Origin: Eledone cirrhosa
Taxonomy: Eukaryota
Length of the DNA: 64,000 bases
Assembly (NCBI GenBank): GCA_964016885.1
Contig: OZ024744.1
Location: forward strand, 19,592,001-19,656,000
Direction of reading: 5' to 3'
In this document: positions 26,501 through 40,900 of the stretch, piece after piece
How the letters are laid out: each line of letters opens with the position of its first letter
How positions within the stretch are numbered: the first letter of the stretch is position 1
Made by a program: the position numbers and the translations under genes
The notes under the pieces: generated by a model
The model's input: only the letters and a program-made list of their open reading frames with translations
What the model was told of the DNA's origin: nothing
The model's database searches: none

Positions 26501-29500
26501 ATTAGAAGCTATGAACTTAGCAAGTGAATGATAAACAAGCAAATTATAAACGCAAACATGTAAGTATGTTTTTGAAACGGTGCGCTCGTTTGAAACTAGA
26601 AATTAGAAATTATAAGCTGTCACCGTATGTTAGACTAAAGATATTTATAGCTTGATAGTGGGGATTATAATCCTCGGAGAAATGGAAAAAGATGAGTGTT
26701 GCCATACCTGGGAGTCGAACACACATCTTTGGTTATCCAGACCACTGTGCTACCATTACACGAATACACATCCCATCTCCTTCCATTCGAATTAGAAGCT
26801 ATGAACTTAGCAAGTGAATGATAAACGAGCTAATTATAAACGTAAACATGTTAGTATGTTTTTGAAACGGTGCGCTCGTTTGAAATTAGAAATTAGAAAT
26901 TATAAGCTTTCACCGTATTTTAGAATAAAGAAATTTATAGCTTGATAGTGGGGTTTATAACCCTCGGAGAAATGGAAAAAATATGAGTGTTGCCATACAT
27001 GGGAGTCGAACCCACATATTTGGTTATCCAGACCACTGTGCTACCATTACACCAATACACGTCCCATCTCCTTCCATTCGAATTAGAAGCTATGAACTTA
27101 GCAAGTGAATGATAAACAAGCACATTATAAACGTAAACATGTAAGTATGTTTTTGAAACGGTGCGCGAGTTTGAAATTAGAAATTAGAAATTATAAGCTT
27201 TCACCGTATTTTAGACTAAAGAAATTTATAGCTTGATAGTGGGGATTATAACCCTCGGAGATATGGAAAAAGATGAGTGTTGCCATACATGGGAGTCGAA
27301 CCCACATCTTTGGTTATCCAGACCACTGTCCTACCATTAGACCAATACACATCCCATCTCCTTCCATTCGAATTAGAAACTATGAACTTAGCAAGTGAAT
27401 GATAAACAAGCAAATTATAAACGTAAACATGTAAGTATGTATTTGAAACGGTGCGCTCGTTTGAAATTAGAAATTATATATTATAAGCTTTCACCGTATT
27501 TTAGAATAAAGAAATTTATAGCTTGATAGTGGGGTTTATAACCCTCGGAGAAATGGAAAAAGATGAGTGTTGCCATACCTGGGAGTCGAACCCACATCTC
27601 TGGTTATCCAGACCACTGTCCTACCATTAGACCAATACACATCCCATCTCCTTCCATTCGAATTAGAAGCTATGAACTTAGCAAGTGAATGATAAACAAG
27701 CAAATTATAAACGTAAACATGTAAGTATGTTTTTGAAACGGTGCGCTCGTTTGAAATTAGAAATTAGAAATTATAAGCTTTCACCGGATTTTAGACTAAA
27801 GAAATGTATAGCTTGATAGTGGGGTTTATAACCCAAGGAGAAATGGAAAAAGATGAGTGTTGCCATACCTGGGAGTCGAACCCACATATATTGTTATCCA
27901 GACCATTGTGCTACCATTACACCAATACACATCCCATCTCCTTCCATTCGAATTAGAAGCTATGAACTTAGCAAGTGAATGATAAACAAACAAATTATAA
28001 ACGTAAACATGTAAGTATGTATTTGAAACGGTGCGCTCGTTTGAAATTAGAAATTAGAAATTATAAGCTTTCACCGTATTTTAGAATAAAGAAATTTATA
28101 GCTTGATAGTGGGGTTTATAACCCTCGGAGAAATGGAAAAAAGATGAGTGTTGCCATACATGGGAGTCCAACCCACATATTTGGTTATCCAGACCACTGT
28201 GCTACCATTACACCAATACACGTCCCATCTCCTTCCATTCGAATTAGAAGCTATGAACTTTGCAAGTGAATGATAAACAAGCAAATTATAAACGCAAACA
28301 TGTAAGTATGTTTTTGAAACGGTGCGCTCGTTTGAAACTAGAAATTAGAAATTATAAGCTTTCACCGTATTTTAGACTAAAGAAATTTATAGCGTGATAG
28401 TGGGGATTATAACCCTCGGAGAAATGGAAAAAGATGAGTGTTCCTATACATGGGTGTCGAACCCACATCTTTGGTTATCCAGACCACTGTCCTACCATTA
28501 GACCAATACACATCCCATCTCCTACCATTCGAATTAGAAGCTATGAACTTAGCAAGTGAATGATAAACAAGCTAATTATAAACGTAAACATGTAAGTATG
28601 TGTTTGAAACGGTGCGCGAGTTTGAAATTAGAAATTAGAAATTATAACTTTCACAGTATTTTAGACTAAAGAAATTTATAGTTTGATAGTGGGGATTATA
28701 ACCCTCGGAGAAATGGAAAAAGATGAGTGTTGCCATACATGGGAGTCGAACCCACATCTTTGGCTATCCAGACCACTGTCCTACCATTAGACCAATACAC
28801 ATCCCATCTCCTTCCATTCGAATTAGAAGCTATGAACTTAGCAAGTGAATGATAAACTAGCAAATTATAAACGTAAACATGTAAGTATGTTTTTGAAACG
28901 GTGCGCTCGTTTGAAATTAGAAATTACAAATTATAAGCTGTCACCGTATGTTAGACTAAAGATATTTATAGCTTGATAGTGGGGATTATAATCCTCGGAG
29001 AAATGGAAAAAGATGAGTGTTGCCATACCTGGGAGTCGAACACACATCTTTGGTTATCCAGACCACTGTGCTAACATTACACGAATACACATCCCATCTC
29101 CTTCCATTCGAATTAGAAGCTATGAACTTAGCAAGTGAATGATAAACGAGCAAATTATAAACGTAAACATGTTAGTATGTTTTTGAAACGGTGCTCGAGT
29201 TTGAAATTAGAAATTAGAAATTATAAGCTTTCACCTTATTTTAGACTAAAGAAATGTATAGCTTGATAGTGGGGTTTATAACCCTAGGAGAAATGGAAAA
29301 AGATGAGTGTTGCCATACCTGGGAGTCGAACCCACATCTCTGGTTATCCAGACCACTGTCCTACCATTAGAGCAATACACATCCCATCTCCTTCCATTCG
29401 AATTAGAAGCTATGAACTTAGCAAGCGAATGATAAACAAGCAAATTATAAACGTAAACATGTAAGTATGTTTTTGAAACGGTGCGCTCGTTTGAAACTAG

Positions 29501-32500
29501 AAATTAGAAATTATAAGCTTTCACCGTATTTTAGACTGAAGAAATTTATAGCGTGATAGTGGGGATTATAACCCTCGGAGAAATGGAAAAAGATGAGTGT
29601 TGCCATACATGGGAGTCGAACCCACATATTTGGTTATCCAGACCACTGTGCTACCATTACACCAATACACATCCCATCTCCTTCCATTCGAATTAGAAAC
29701 TATGAACTTAGCAAGTGAATGATAAACAAGCACATTATAAACGTAAACATGTAAGTATGTTTTTGAAACGGTGCGCTCGTTTGAAACTAGAAATTAGAAA
29801 TTATAAGCTTTCACCGTATTTTAGACTAAAGAAATGTATAGCTTGATAGTGGGGATTATAACCCTCGGAGAAATTGAAAAAGATGAGTGTTGCCATACAT
29901 GGGAGTCGAACCCACATATATTGTTATCCAGACCACTGTCCTACCATTAGACCAATACACATCCCATCTCCTTCCATTCGAATTAGAAGCTATGAACTGA
30001 GCAAGTGAATGATAGACAAGCAAATTATAAACGTAAACATGTAAGTATCTTTTTGAAACGGTGCACGAGTTTGAAATTATAAGCTTTCACCGTATTTTAG
30101 ACTAAAGAAATGTATAGCTTGATAGTGGGGTTTATAACCCTAGGAGAAATGGAAAAAGATGAGTGTTGCCATACCTGGGAGTCGAACCCACATCTTTGGT
30201 TATCCAGACCACTGTCCTACCATTAGACCAATACACATCCCATCTCCTTCCATTCGAATTAGAAGCTATGAACTTAGCAAGTGAATGATAAACAAGCAAA
30301 TTATAAACGTAAACATGTAAGTATGTTTTTGAAACGGTGCGCTCGTTTGAAATTAGAAATTAGAAATTATAAGCTTTCACCGTATGTTAGACTAAAGATA
30401 TTTATAGCTTGATAGTTGGGTTTATAACCCTCGGAGAAATGGAAAAAGATGAGTGTTACCATACATGGGAGTCGAACCCACATATTTGGTTATCCAGACC
30501 ACTGTGCTACCATTACACTAATACACATCCCATTCCCTTCCATTCGAAATAGAAGCTACGAACTTAGCAAGTGAATGATAAAGAAGCAAATTATGAACGT
30601 AAACATGTAAGTATGTTTTTGAAACGGTGCACGAGTTTGAAATTATAAGCTTTCACCGTATTTTAGACTAAAGAAATGTATAGCTTGATAGTGGGGTTTA
30701 TAACCCTAGGAGAAATGGAAAAAGATGAGTGTTGCCATACCTGGGAGTCGAACCCACATCTCTGGTTATCCAGACCACTGTCCTACCATAAGACCAATAC
30801 ACATCCCATCTCCTTCCATTCGAATTAGAAGCTATGAACTTAGCAAGTGAATGATAAACAAGCAAATTATAAACGTAAACATGTAAGTATGTTTTTGAAA
30901 ATGTGCGCTCGTTTGAAATTAGAAATTAGAAATTATAAGCTTTCACCGGATTTTAGACTAAAGAAATGTATAGCTTGATAGTGGGGTTTATAACCCAAGG
31001 AGAAATGGAAAAAGGTGAGTGTTGCCATACCTGGGAGTCGAACCCACATATTTTGTTATCCAGACCATTGTGCTACCATTACACCAATACACATCCCATC
31101 TCCTTCCATTCGAATTAGAAGCTATGAAACTAGCAAGTGAATGATAAACAAACAAATTATAAACGTAAACATGTAAGTATGTATTTGAAACGGTGCGCTC
31201 GTTTGAAATTAGAAATTAGAAATTATAAGCTTTCACCGTATTTTAGAATAAAGAAATTTATAGCTTGATAGTGGGGTTTATAACCCTCGGAGAAATGGAA
31301 AAAAGATGAGTGTTGCCATACATGGGAGTCGAACCCACATATTTGGTTATCCAGACCACTGTGCTACCATTACACCAATACACGTCCCATCTCCTTCCAT
31401 TCGAATTAGAAGCTATGAACTTAGAAAGTGATTGTTAAACAAGCAATTTATAAACGCAAACATGTAAGTATGTTTTTGAAACTGTGCGCTCGTTTGAAAC
31501 TAGAAATTGGAAATTATAAGCTTTCACCGTATTTTAGACTAAAGAAATTTATAGCGTGATAGTGGGGATTATAACCCTCGGAGAAATGGAAAAAGATGAG
31601 TGTTGCCAAACATGGGAGTCGAACCCACATCTTTGGTTATCCAGACCACTGTCCTACCATTAGACCAATACACATCCCATCTCCTTCCATTCGAATTAGA
31701 AGCTATGAACTTAGCAAGTGAATGATAAACAAGCAAATTATAAACGTAAACATGTAAGTATGTTTTTGAAACGGTGCGCTCGTTTGAAATTAGAAATTAG
31801 AAATTATAAGCTTTCACCGTATGTTAGACTAAAGATATTTATAGCTTGATAGTGGGGATTATAATCCTCGGAGAAATGGAAAAAGATGAGTGTTGCCATA
31901 CCTGGGAGTCGAACCCACATCTCTGGTTATCCAGACCACTGTCCTACCATTAGACCAATACACATCCCATCTCCTTCCATTCGAATTAGAAGCTATGAAC
32001 TTAGCAAGTGAATGATAAACAAGCAAATTATAAACGTAAACATGTAAGTATGTTTTTGAAACGGTGCGCTCGTTTGAAATTAGAAATTAGAAATTATAAG
32101 CTTTCACCGGATTTTAGACTAAAGAAATGTATAGCTTGATAGTGGGGTTTATAACCCAAGGAGAAATGGAAAAAGATGAGTGTTGCCATACCTGGGTGTC
32201 GAACCCACATATTTTGTTATCCAGACCATTGTGCTACCATTACACCAATACACATCCCATCTCCTTCCATTCGAATTAGAAGCTATGAACTTAGCAAGTG
32301 AATGATAAACAAACAAATTATAAACGTAAACATGTAAGTATGTATTTGAAACGGTGCGCTCGTTTGAAATTAGAAATTATATATTATAAGCTTTCACCGT
32401 ATTTTAGAATAAAGAAATTTATAGCTTGATAGTGGGGTTTATAACCCTCGGAGAAATGGAAAAAATATGAGTGTTGCCATACATGGGAGTCGAACCCACA

Positions 32501-33228
32501 TATTTGGTTATCCAGACCACTGTGCTACCATTACACCAATACACGTCCCATCTCCTTCCATTCGAATTAGAAGCTATGAACTTAGCAAGTGAATGATAAA
32601 CAAGCACATTATAAACGTAAACATGTAAGTATGTATTTGAAACGGTGCGCTCGTTTGAAATTAGAAATTAGAAATTATAAGCTTTCACCGTATTTTAGAA
32701 TAAAGAAATTTATAGCTTGATAGTGGGGTTTATAACCCTCGGAGAAATGGAAAAAAGATGAGTGTTGCCATACATGGGAGTCGAACCCACATATTTGGTT
32801 ATCCAGACCACTGTGCTACCATTACACCAATACACTCCCATCTCCTTCCATTCGAATTAGAAGCTATGAACTTAGCAAGTGAATGATAAACAAGCAAATT
32901 ATAAACGCAAACATGTAAGTATGTTTTTGAAACGGTGCGCTCGTTTGAAACTAGAAATTAGAAATTATAAGCTGTCACCGTATGTTAGACTAAAGATATT
33001 TATAGCTTGATAGTGGGGATTATAATCCTCGGAGAAATGGAAAAAGATGAGTGTTGCCATACCTGGGAGTCGAACACACATCTTTGGTTATCCAGACCAC
33101 TGTGCTACCATTACACGAATACACATCCCATCTCCTTCCATTCGAATTAGAAGCTATGAACTTAGCAAGTGAATGATAAACGAGCTAATTATAAACGTAA
33201 ACATGTTAGTATGTTTTTGAAACGGTGC
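20590..33228. repeat. Higher-order repeat: 22-monomer unit (6355 bp), two tandem near-identical copies
   Basis: Private markers are shared at offset 6355: ggagatatgg (~20902/27258), gagtccaaccc (~21809/28164), 14-bp deletions (23718/30073, 24284/30639) and aagtgattgtt (~25071/31426). ORF pairs are 21741/28096 and 26064/32419. Confidence 0.95.
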
Positions 33229-33559
33229 TCGAGTTTGAAATTAGAAATTAGAAATTATAAGCTTTCACCGTATTTTAGACTAAAGAAATGTATAGCTTGA
33301 TAGTGGGGTTTATAACCCTAGGAGAAATGGAAAAAGATGAGTGTTGCCATACCTGGGAGTCGAACCCACATCTCTGGTTATCCAGACCACTGTCCTACCA
33401 TTAGAGCAATACACATCCCATCTCCTTCCATTCGAATTAGAAGCTATGAACTTAGCAAGTGAATGATAAACAAGCAAATTATAAACGTAAACATGTAAGT
33501 ATGTTTTTGAAACGGTGCGCTCGTTTGAAATTAGAAATTAGAAATTATAAGCTTTCACC

Positions 33560-36500
33560 GGATTTTAGACTAAAGAAATGTATAGCTTGATAGTGGGGTT
33601 TATAACCCAAGGAGAAATGGAAAAAGATGAGTGTTGCCATACCTGGGAGTCGAACCCACATATTTTGTTATCCAGACCATTGTGCTACCATTACACCAAT
33701 ACACATCCCATCTCCTTCCATTCGAATTAGAAGCTATGAACTTAGCAAGTGAATGATAAACAAACAAATTATAAACGTAAACATGTAAGTATGTATTTGA
33801 AACGGTGCGCTCGTTTGAAATTAGAAATTAGAAATTATAAGCTTTCACCGTATTTTAGAATAAAGAAATTTATAGCTTGATAGTGGGGTTTATAACCCTC
33901 GGAGAAATGTAAAAAAGATGAGTGTTGCCATACATGGGAGTCGAACCCACATATTTGGTTATCCAGACCACTGTGCTACCATTACACCAATACACGTCCC
34001 ATCTCCTTCCATTCGAATTAGAAGCTATGAACTTAGCAAGTGAATGATAAACAAGCACATTATAAACGTAAACATGTAAGTATGTTTTTGAAATGGTGCG
34101 CTCGTTTGAAACTAGAAATTAGAACTTATAAGCTTTCACCGTATTTTAGACTAAAGAAATTTATAGCTTGATAGTGGGGATTATAACCCTCGGAGAAATG
34201 GAAAAAGATGAGTGTTGCCATACATGGGAGTCGAACCCACATATATTGTTATCCAGACCGCTGTGCTACCATTACACCAATACACATCCCATCTCCTTCC
34301 ATTCGAATTAGAAGCTATGAACTTAGCAAGTGAATGATAGACAAGCAAATTATAAACGTAAACATGTAAGTATGTTTTTGAAACGGTGCGCGAGTTTGAA
34401 ATTAGAAATTAGAAATTAGAAGCTTTCACCGGATTTTAGACTAAAGAAATGTATAGCTTGATAGTGGGGTTTATAACCCAAGGAGAAATGGAAAAAGATG
34501 AGTGTTGCCATACCTGGGAGTCGAACCCACATATTTTGTTATCCAGACCATTGTGCTACCATTACACCAATACACATCCCATCTCCTTCCATTCGAATTA
34601 GAAGCTATGAACTTAGCAAGTGAATGATAAACAAACAAATTATAAACGTAAACATGTAAGTATGTATTTGAAACGGTGCGCTCGTTTGAAATTAGAAATT
34701 AGAAATTATAAGCTTTCAACGTATTTTAGAATAAAGAAATTTATAGCTTGATAGTGGGGTTTATAACCCTCGGAGAAATGTAAAAAAGATGAGTGTTGCC
34801 ATACATGGGAGTCGAACCCACATATTTGGTTATCCAGACCACTGTGCTACCATTACACCAATACACGTCCCATCTCCTTCCATTCGAATTAGAAGCTATG
34901 AACTTAGCAAGTGAATGATAAACAAGCACATTATAAACGTAAACATGTAAGTATGTTTTTGAAATGGTGCGCTCGTTTGAAACTAGAAATTAGAACTTAT
35001 AAGCTTTCACCGTATTTTAGACTAAAGAAATTTATAGCTTGATAGTGGGGATTATAACCGTCGGAGAAATGGAAAAAGATGAGTGTTGCCATACATGGGA
35101 GTCGAACCCACATATATTGTTATCCAGACCGCTGTGCTACCATTACACCAATACACATCCCATCTCCTTCCATTCGAATTAGAAGCTATGAACTTAGCAA
35201 GTGAATGATAGACAAGCAAATTATAAACGTAAACATGTAAGTATGTTTTTGAAACGGTGCGCGAGTTTGAAATTAGAAATTAGAAATTATAAGCTTTCAC
35301 CGGATTTTAGACTAAAGAAATGTATAGCTTGATAGTGGGGTTTATAACCCAAGGAGAAATGGAAAAATATGAGTGTTGCCATACCTGGGAGTCGAACCCA
35401 CATATTTTGTTATCCAGACCATTGTGCTACCATTACACCAATACACATCCTATCTCCTTCCATTCGAATTAGAAGCTATGAACTTAGCAAGTGAATGATA
35501 AACAAGCACATTATAAACGTAAACATGTAAGTATGTATTTGAAACGGTGCGCTCGTTTGAAATTAAAAATTAGAAATTATAAGCTCTCACCGTATTTTAG
35601 AATAAAGAAATTTATAGCTTGATAGTGGGGTTTATAACCCTCGGAGAAATGGAAAAAAGATGAGTGTTGCCATACATGGGAGTCGAACCCACATATTTGG
35701 TTATCCAGACCACTGTGCTACCATTACACCAATACACATGCAATCTCCTTCCATTCGAATTAGAAGCTATGAACTTAGCAAGTGAATGATAAACAAGCAA
35801 GTTATAAACGTAAACATGTAAGTATGTTTTTGAAACGGTGCGCGAGTTTGAAACTAGAAATTAGAAATTATAAGCTTTCACCGTATTTTAGAATAAAGAA
35901 ATTTATAGCTTGATAGTGGGGTTTATAACCATCGGAGAAATGGAAAAAGATGAGTGTTGCCATACATGGGAGTCAAACCCACATCTTTGGTTATCCAGAC
36001 CACTGTCCTACCATTAGACCAATACACATCCCATCTCCTTCCATTCGAATTAGAAGCTATGAACTTAGCAAGTGAATGATAAACAAGCAAATTATAAACG
36101 TAAACATGTAAGTATGTTTTTGAAACGGTGCGCGAGTTTGAAATTAGAAATTAGAAATTATAAGCTTTCACCGGATTTTAGACTAAAGAAATTTATAGCT
36201 TGATAGTGGGGATTATAATCCTCGGAGAAATGGAAAAAGATGAGTGTTGCCATACCTGGGAGTCGAACCCACATATTTTGTTATCCAGACCATTGTGCTA
36301 CCATTACACCAATACACATCCCATCTCCTTCCATTCGAATTAGAAGCTATGAACTTAGCAAGTGAATGATAAACAAACAAATTATAAACGCAAACATGTA
36401 AGTATGTATTTGAAACGGTGCGCTCGTTTGAAATTAGAAATTAGAAATTATAAGCTTTCACCGTATTTTAGAATAAAGAAATTTATAGCTTGATAGTGGG

Positions 36501-37920
36501 GTTTATAACCCTCGGAGAAATGTAAAAAAGATGAGTGTTGCCATACATGGGAGTCGAACCCACATATTTGGTTATCCAGACCACTGTGCTACCATTACAC
36601 CAATACACGTCCCATCTCTTCCATTCGAATTAGAAGCTATGAACTTAGCAAGTGAATGATAAACAAGCACATTATAAACGTAAACATGTAAGTATGTTTT
36701 TGAAATGGTGCGCTCGTTTGAAACTAGAAATTAGAACTTATAAGCTTTCTCCGTATTTTAGACTAAAGAAATTTATAGCTTGATAGTGGGGATTATAACC
36801 CACGGAGAAATGGAAAAAGATGAGTGTTGCCATACATGGGAGTCGAACCCACATATATTGTTATCCAGACCACTGTCCTACCATTAGACCAATACACATC
36901 CCATCTCCTTCCATTCGAATTAGAAGCTATGAACTGAGCAAGTGAATGATAGACAAGCAAATTATAAACGTAAACATGTAAGTATGTTTTTGAAACGGTG
37001 CGCGAGTTTGAAATTAGAAATTAGAAATTATAAGCTTTCACCGGATTTTAGACTAAAGAAATGTATAGCTTGATAGTGGGGTTTATAACCCAAGGAGAAA
37101 TGGAAAAATATGAGTGTTGCCATACCTGGGAGTCGAACCCACATATTTTGTTATCCAGACCATTGTGCTACCATTACACCAATACACATCCTATCTCCTT
37201 CCATTCGAATTAGAAGCTATGAACTTAGCAAGTGAATGATAAACAAGCACATTATAAACGTAAACATGTAAGTATGTATTTGAAACGGTGCGCTCGTTTG
37301 AAATTAAAAATTAGAAATTATAAGCTCTCACCGTATTTTAGAATAAAGAAATTTATAGCTTGATAGTGGGGTTTATAACCCTCGGAGAAATGGAAAAAAG
37401 ATGAGTGTTGCCATACATGGGAGTCGAACCCACATATTTGGTTATCCAGACCACTGTGCTACCATTACACCAATACACATGCAATCTCCTTCCATTCGAA
37501 TTAGAAGCTATGAACTTAGCAAGTGAATGATAAACAAGCAAGTTATAAACGTAAACATGTAAGTATGTTTTTGAAACGGTGCGCGAGTTTGAAACTAGAA
37601 ATTTGAAATTATAAGCTTTCACCGTATTTTAGAATAAAGAAATTTATAGCTTGATAGTGGGGTTTATAACCATCGGAGAAATGGAAAAAGATGAGTGTTG
37701 CCATACATGGGAGTCGAACCCACATCTTTGGTTATCCAGACCACTGTCCTACCATTAGACCAATACACATCCCATCTCCTTCCATTCGAATTAGAAGCTA
37801 TGAACTTAGCAAGTGAATGATAAACAAGCAAATTATAAACGTAAACATGTAAGTATGTTTTTGAAACGGTGCGCGAGTTTGAAATTAGAAATTAGAAATT
37901 ATAAGCTTTCACCGGATTTT
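33560..37920. repeat. Transition block with 3-monomer (871 bp) and 6-monomer (1741 bp) periodicity
   Basis: gaaatgtaaaaaag occurs at ~33904, 34775 and 36517, and acatgcaatc at ~35736 and 37477. ORF pairs are 33870/34741 and 35612/37353. Confidence 0.8.
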
Positions 37921-40900
37921 AGACTAAAGAAATTTATAACTTGATAGTGGGGATTATAATCCTCGGAGAAATGGAAAAAGATGAGTGTTGCCATACCTGG
38001 GAGTCGAACACACATCTTTGGTTATCCAGACCACTGTGCTACCATTACATCAATACACATCCCATTCCCTTCCATTCGAAATAGAAGCTACGAACTTAGC
38101 AAGTGAATGATAAACAAGCAAATTATAAACGTAAACATGTAAGTAGGTTTTTGAAACGGTGCGCGAGTTTGAAATTAGAAATTAGAAATTATAAGGTTTC
38201 ACCGTATTTTAGAATAAAGAAATTTATAGCTTGATAGTGGGGTTTATAACCCTCGTAGAAATGGAAAAAGATGAGTGTTGCCATACATGGGAGTCGAACC
38301 CACATGTTTGGTTATCGAGACCACTGTGCTACCATTACACCAATACACATCCCATCTCCTTCCATTCGAATTAGAAGCTATGAACTTAGCAAGTGAATGA
38401 TAAACAAGCAAATTATAAACGTAAACATGTAAGTATGTTTTCGAAACGGTGCGCTCTTTTGAAACTAGAAATTAGAAATTATAAGCTTTCACCGGATTTT
38501 AGACTAAAGAAATTTATAGCTTGATAGTGGGGATTATAACCCTCGGAGAAATGGAAAAAGATGAGTGTTGCCATGCATAGGAGTCGAACCCACATCTTTG
38601 GTTATCCAGACCACTGTCCTACCATTAGACCAATACACATCCCATCTCCTTACATTCGAATTAGAAGCTATGAACTTAGCAAGTGAATGATAAACAAGCA
38701 AATTATAAACGTAAACATGTAAGTATGTTTTGAAACGGTGCGCGTGTTTGAAATTAGAAGTTAGAAATTATAAGCTTTCACTGGATTTTAGACTACAGAA
38801 ATGTATAGCTTCATAGTGGGGTTTATAACCCTAGGAGAAATGGAAAAATATGAGTGTTGCCATACATGGGTGTCGAACCCACATATTTGGTTATCCAGAC
38901 CACTGTGCTACCATTACACCAATACACATCCCATCTCCTTCCATTCGAATTAGAAGCTATGAACTTAGCAAGTGAATGATAAACAAGCAAATTATAAACG
39001 TAAACATGTAAGTATGTTTTCGAAACGGTGCGCTCTTTTGAAACTAGAAATTAGAAATGAGAAGCTTTCACCGTATTTTAGACTAAAGAAATTTATAGCT
39101 TGATAGTGGGGATTATAACCCTCGGAGAAATGGAAAAAGATGAGTGTTGCCATGCATGGGAGTCGAACCCACATCTTTGGTTATCCAGACCACTGTCCTA
39201 CCATTAGACCAATACACATCCCATCTCCTTCCATTCGAATTAGAAGCTATGAACTTAGCAAGTGAATGATAAACAAGCAAATTATAAACGTAAACATGTA
39301 AGTATGTTTTTGAAACGGTGCGCGTGTTTGAAATTAGAAGTCAGAAATTATAAGCTTTCACCGTATTTTAGACTAAAGAAATGTATAGCTTGATAGTGGG
39401 GTTTATAATCCTCGGAGAAATGGAAAAAGATGAGTGTTGCCATACATGGGAGTCGAACCCACATCTTTGGTTATCCAGACCACTGTCCTACCATTAGACC
39501 AACACACATCCCATCTCCTTCCATTCGAATTAGAAGCTATGAACTTAGCAAGTGAATTATAAACAAGCAAATTATAAACGTAAACATGTAAGTATGTTTT
39601 TGAAACGGTGCGAGTGTTTGAAATTAGAAGTCAGAAATTATAAGCTTTCACCGGATTTTAGACTAAAGAAATGTATAGCTTGATAGTGGGGTTTATAACC
39701 CTCGGAGAAATGGAAAAAGATGAGTGTTGCCATACATGGGAGTCGAACCCACATCTTTGGTTATCCAGACCACTGTCCTACCATTAGACCAATACACATC
39801 CCATCTCCTTCCATTCGAATTAGAAGCTATGAACTTAGCAAGTGAATGATAAACAAGCAAATTATAAACGTAAACATGTAAGTATGTTTTTGAAACGGTG
39901 CGCGTGTTTGAAATTAGAAGTCAGAAATGATAAGCTTTCAATGGATTTTAGACTAAAGAAATGTATAGCTTGATAGTGGGGTTTATAACCCTAGGAGAAA
40001 TGGAAAAAGATGAGTATTGCCATACCTGGGAGTCGAACCCACATCTTTGGTTATCCAGACCACTGTGCTACCATTACACGAATACACATCCCATCTCCTT
40101 CCATTCGAATTAGAAGCTATGAACTTAGCAAGTGAATGATAAACAAGCAAATTATAAACGTAAACATGTATGTATGTTTTTGAAACGGTGCGCGAGTTTG
40201 AAATTAGAAATTAGAAATTATAAGCTTTCACCGGATTTTAGACTAAAGAAATGTATAGCTTGATAGTGGGGTTTAAAACCCCAGGAGAAATGGAAAAAGA
40301 TGAGTGTTGCATACCTGGGAGTCGAACCCACATATTTTGTTATCCAGACCACTGTGCTACAATTACACCAATACACATCCCATCTCCTTCCATTCGAATT
40401 AGAAGCTATGAACTTAGCAAGTGAATGATAAACGAGCAAATTATAAACGTAAACATGTAAGTATGTTTTTGAAACGGTGCGCTCGTTTAAAATTAGAAAT
40501 TAGAAATTATAAGATTTCACCGTATTTTAGACTAATGAAATTTATAGCTTGATAGTGGGGATTATAATCCTCGGAGAAATGGAAAAAGATGAGTGTTGCC
40601 ATACATGGGAGTCGAACCCACATCTTTGGTTATCCAGACCACTGTCCTACCATTAGACCAACACACATCCCATCTCCTTCCATTCGAATTAGAAGCTATG
40701 AACTTAGCAAGTGAATGATAAACAAGCAAATTATAAACGTAAACATGTAAGTATGTTTTTGAAACGGTGCGCGTGTTTGAAATTAGAAGTCAGAAATTAT
40801 AAGCTTTCACCGGATTTTAGACTAAAGAAATGTATAGCTTGATAGTGGGGTTTATAACCCTCGGAGAAATGGAAAAAGATGAGTGTTGCCATACATGGGA

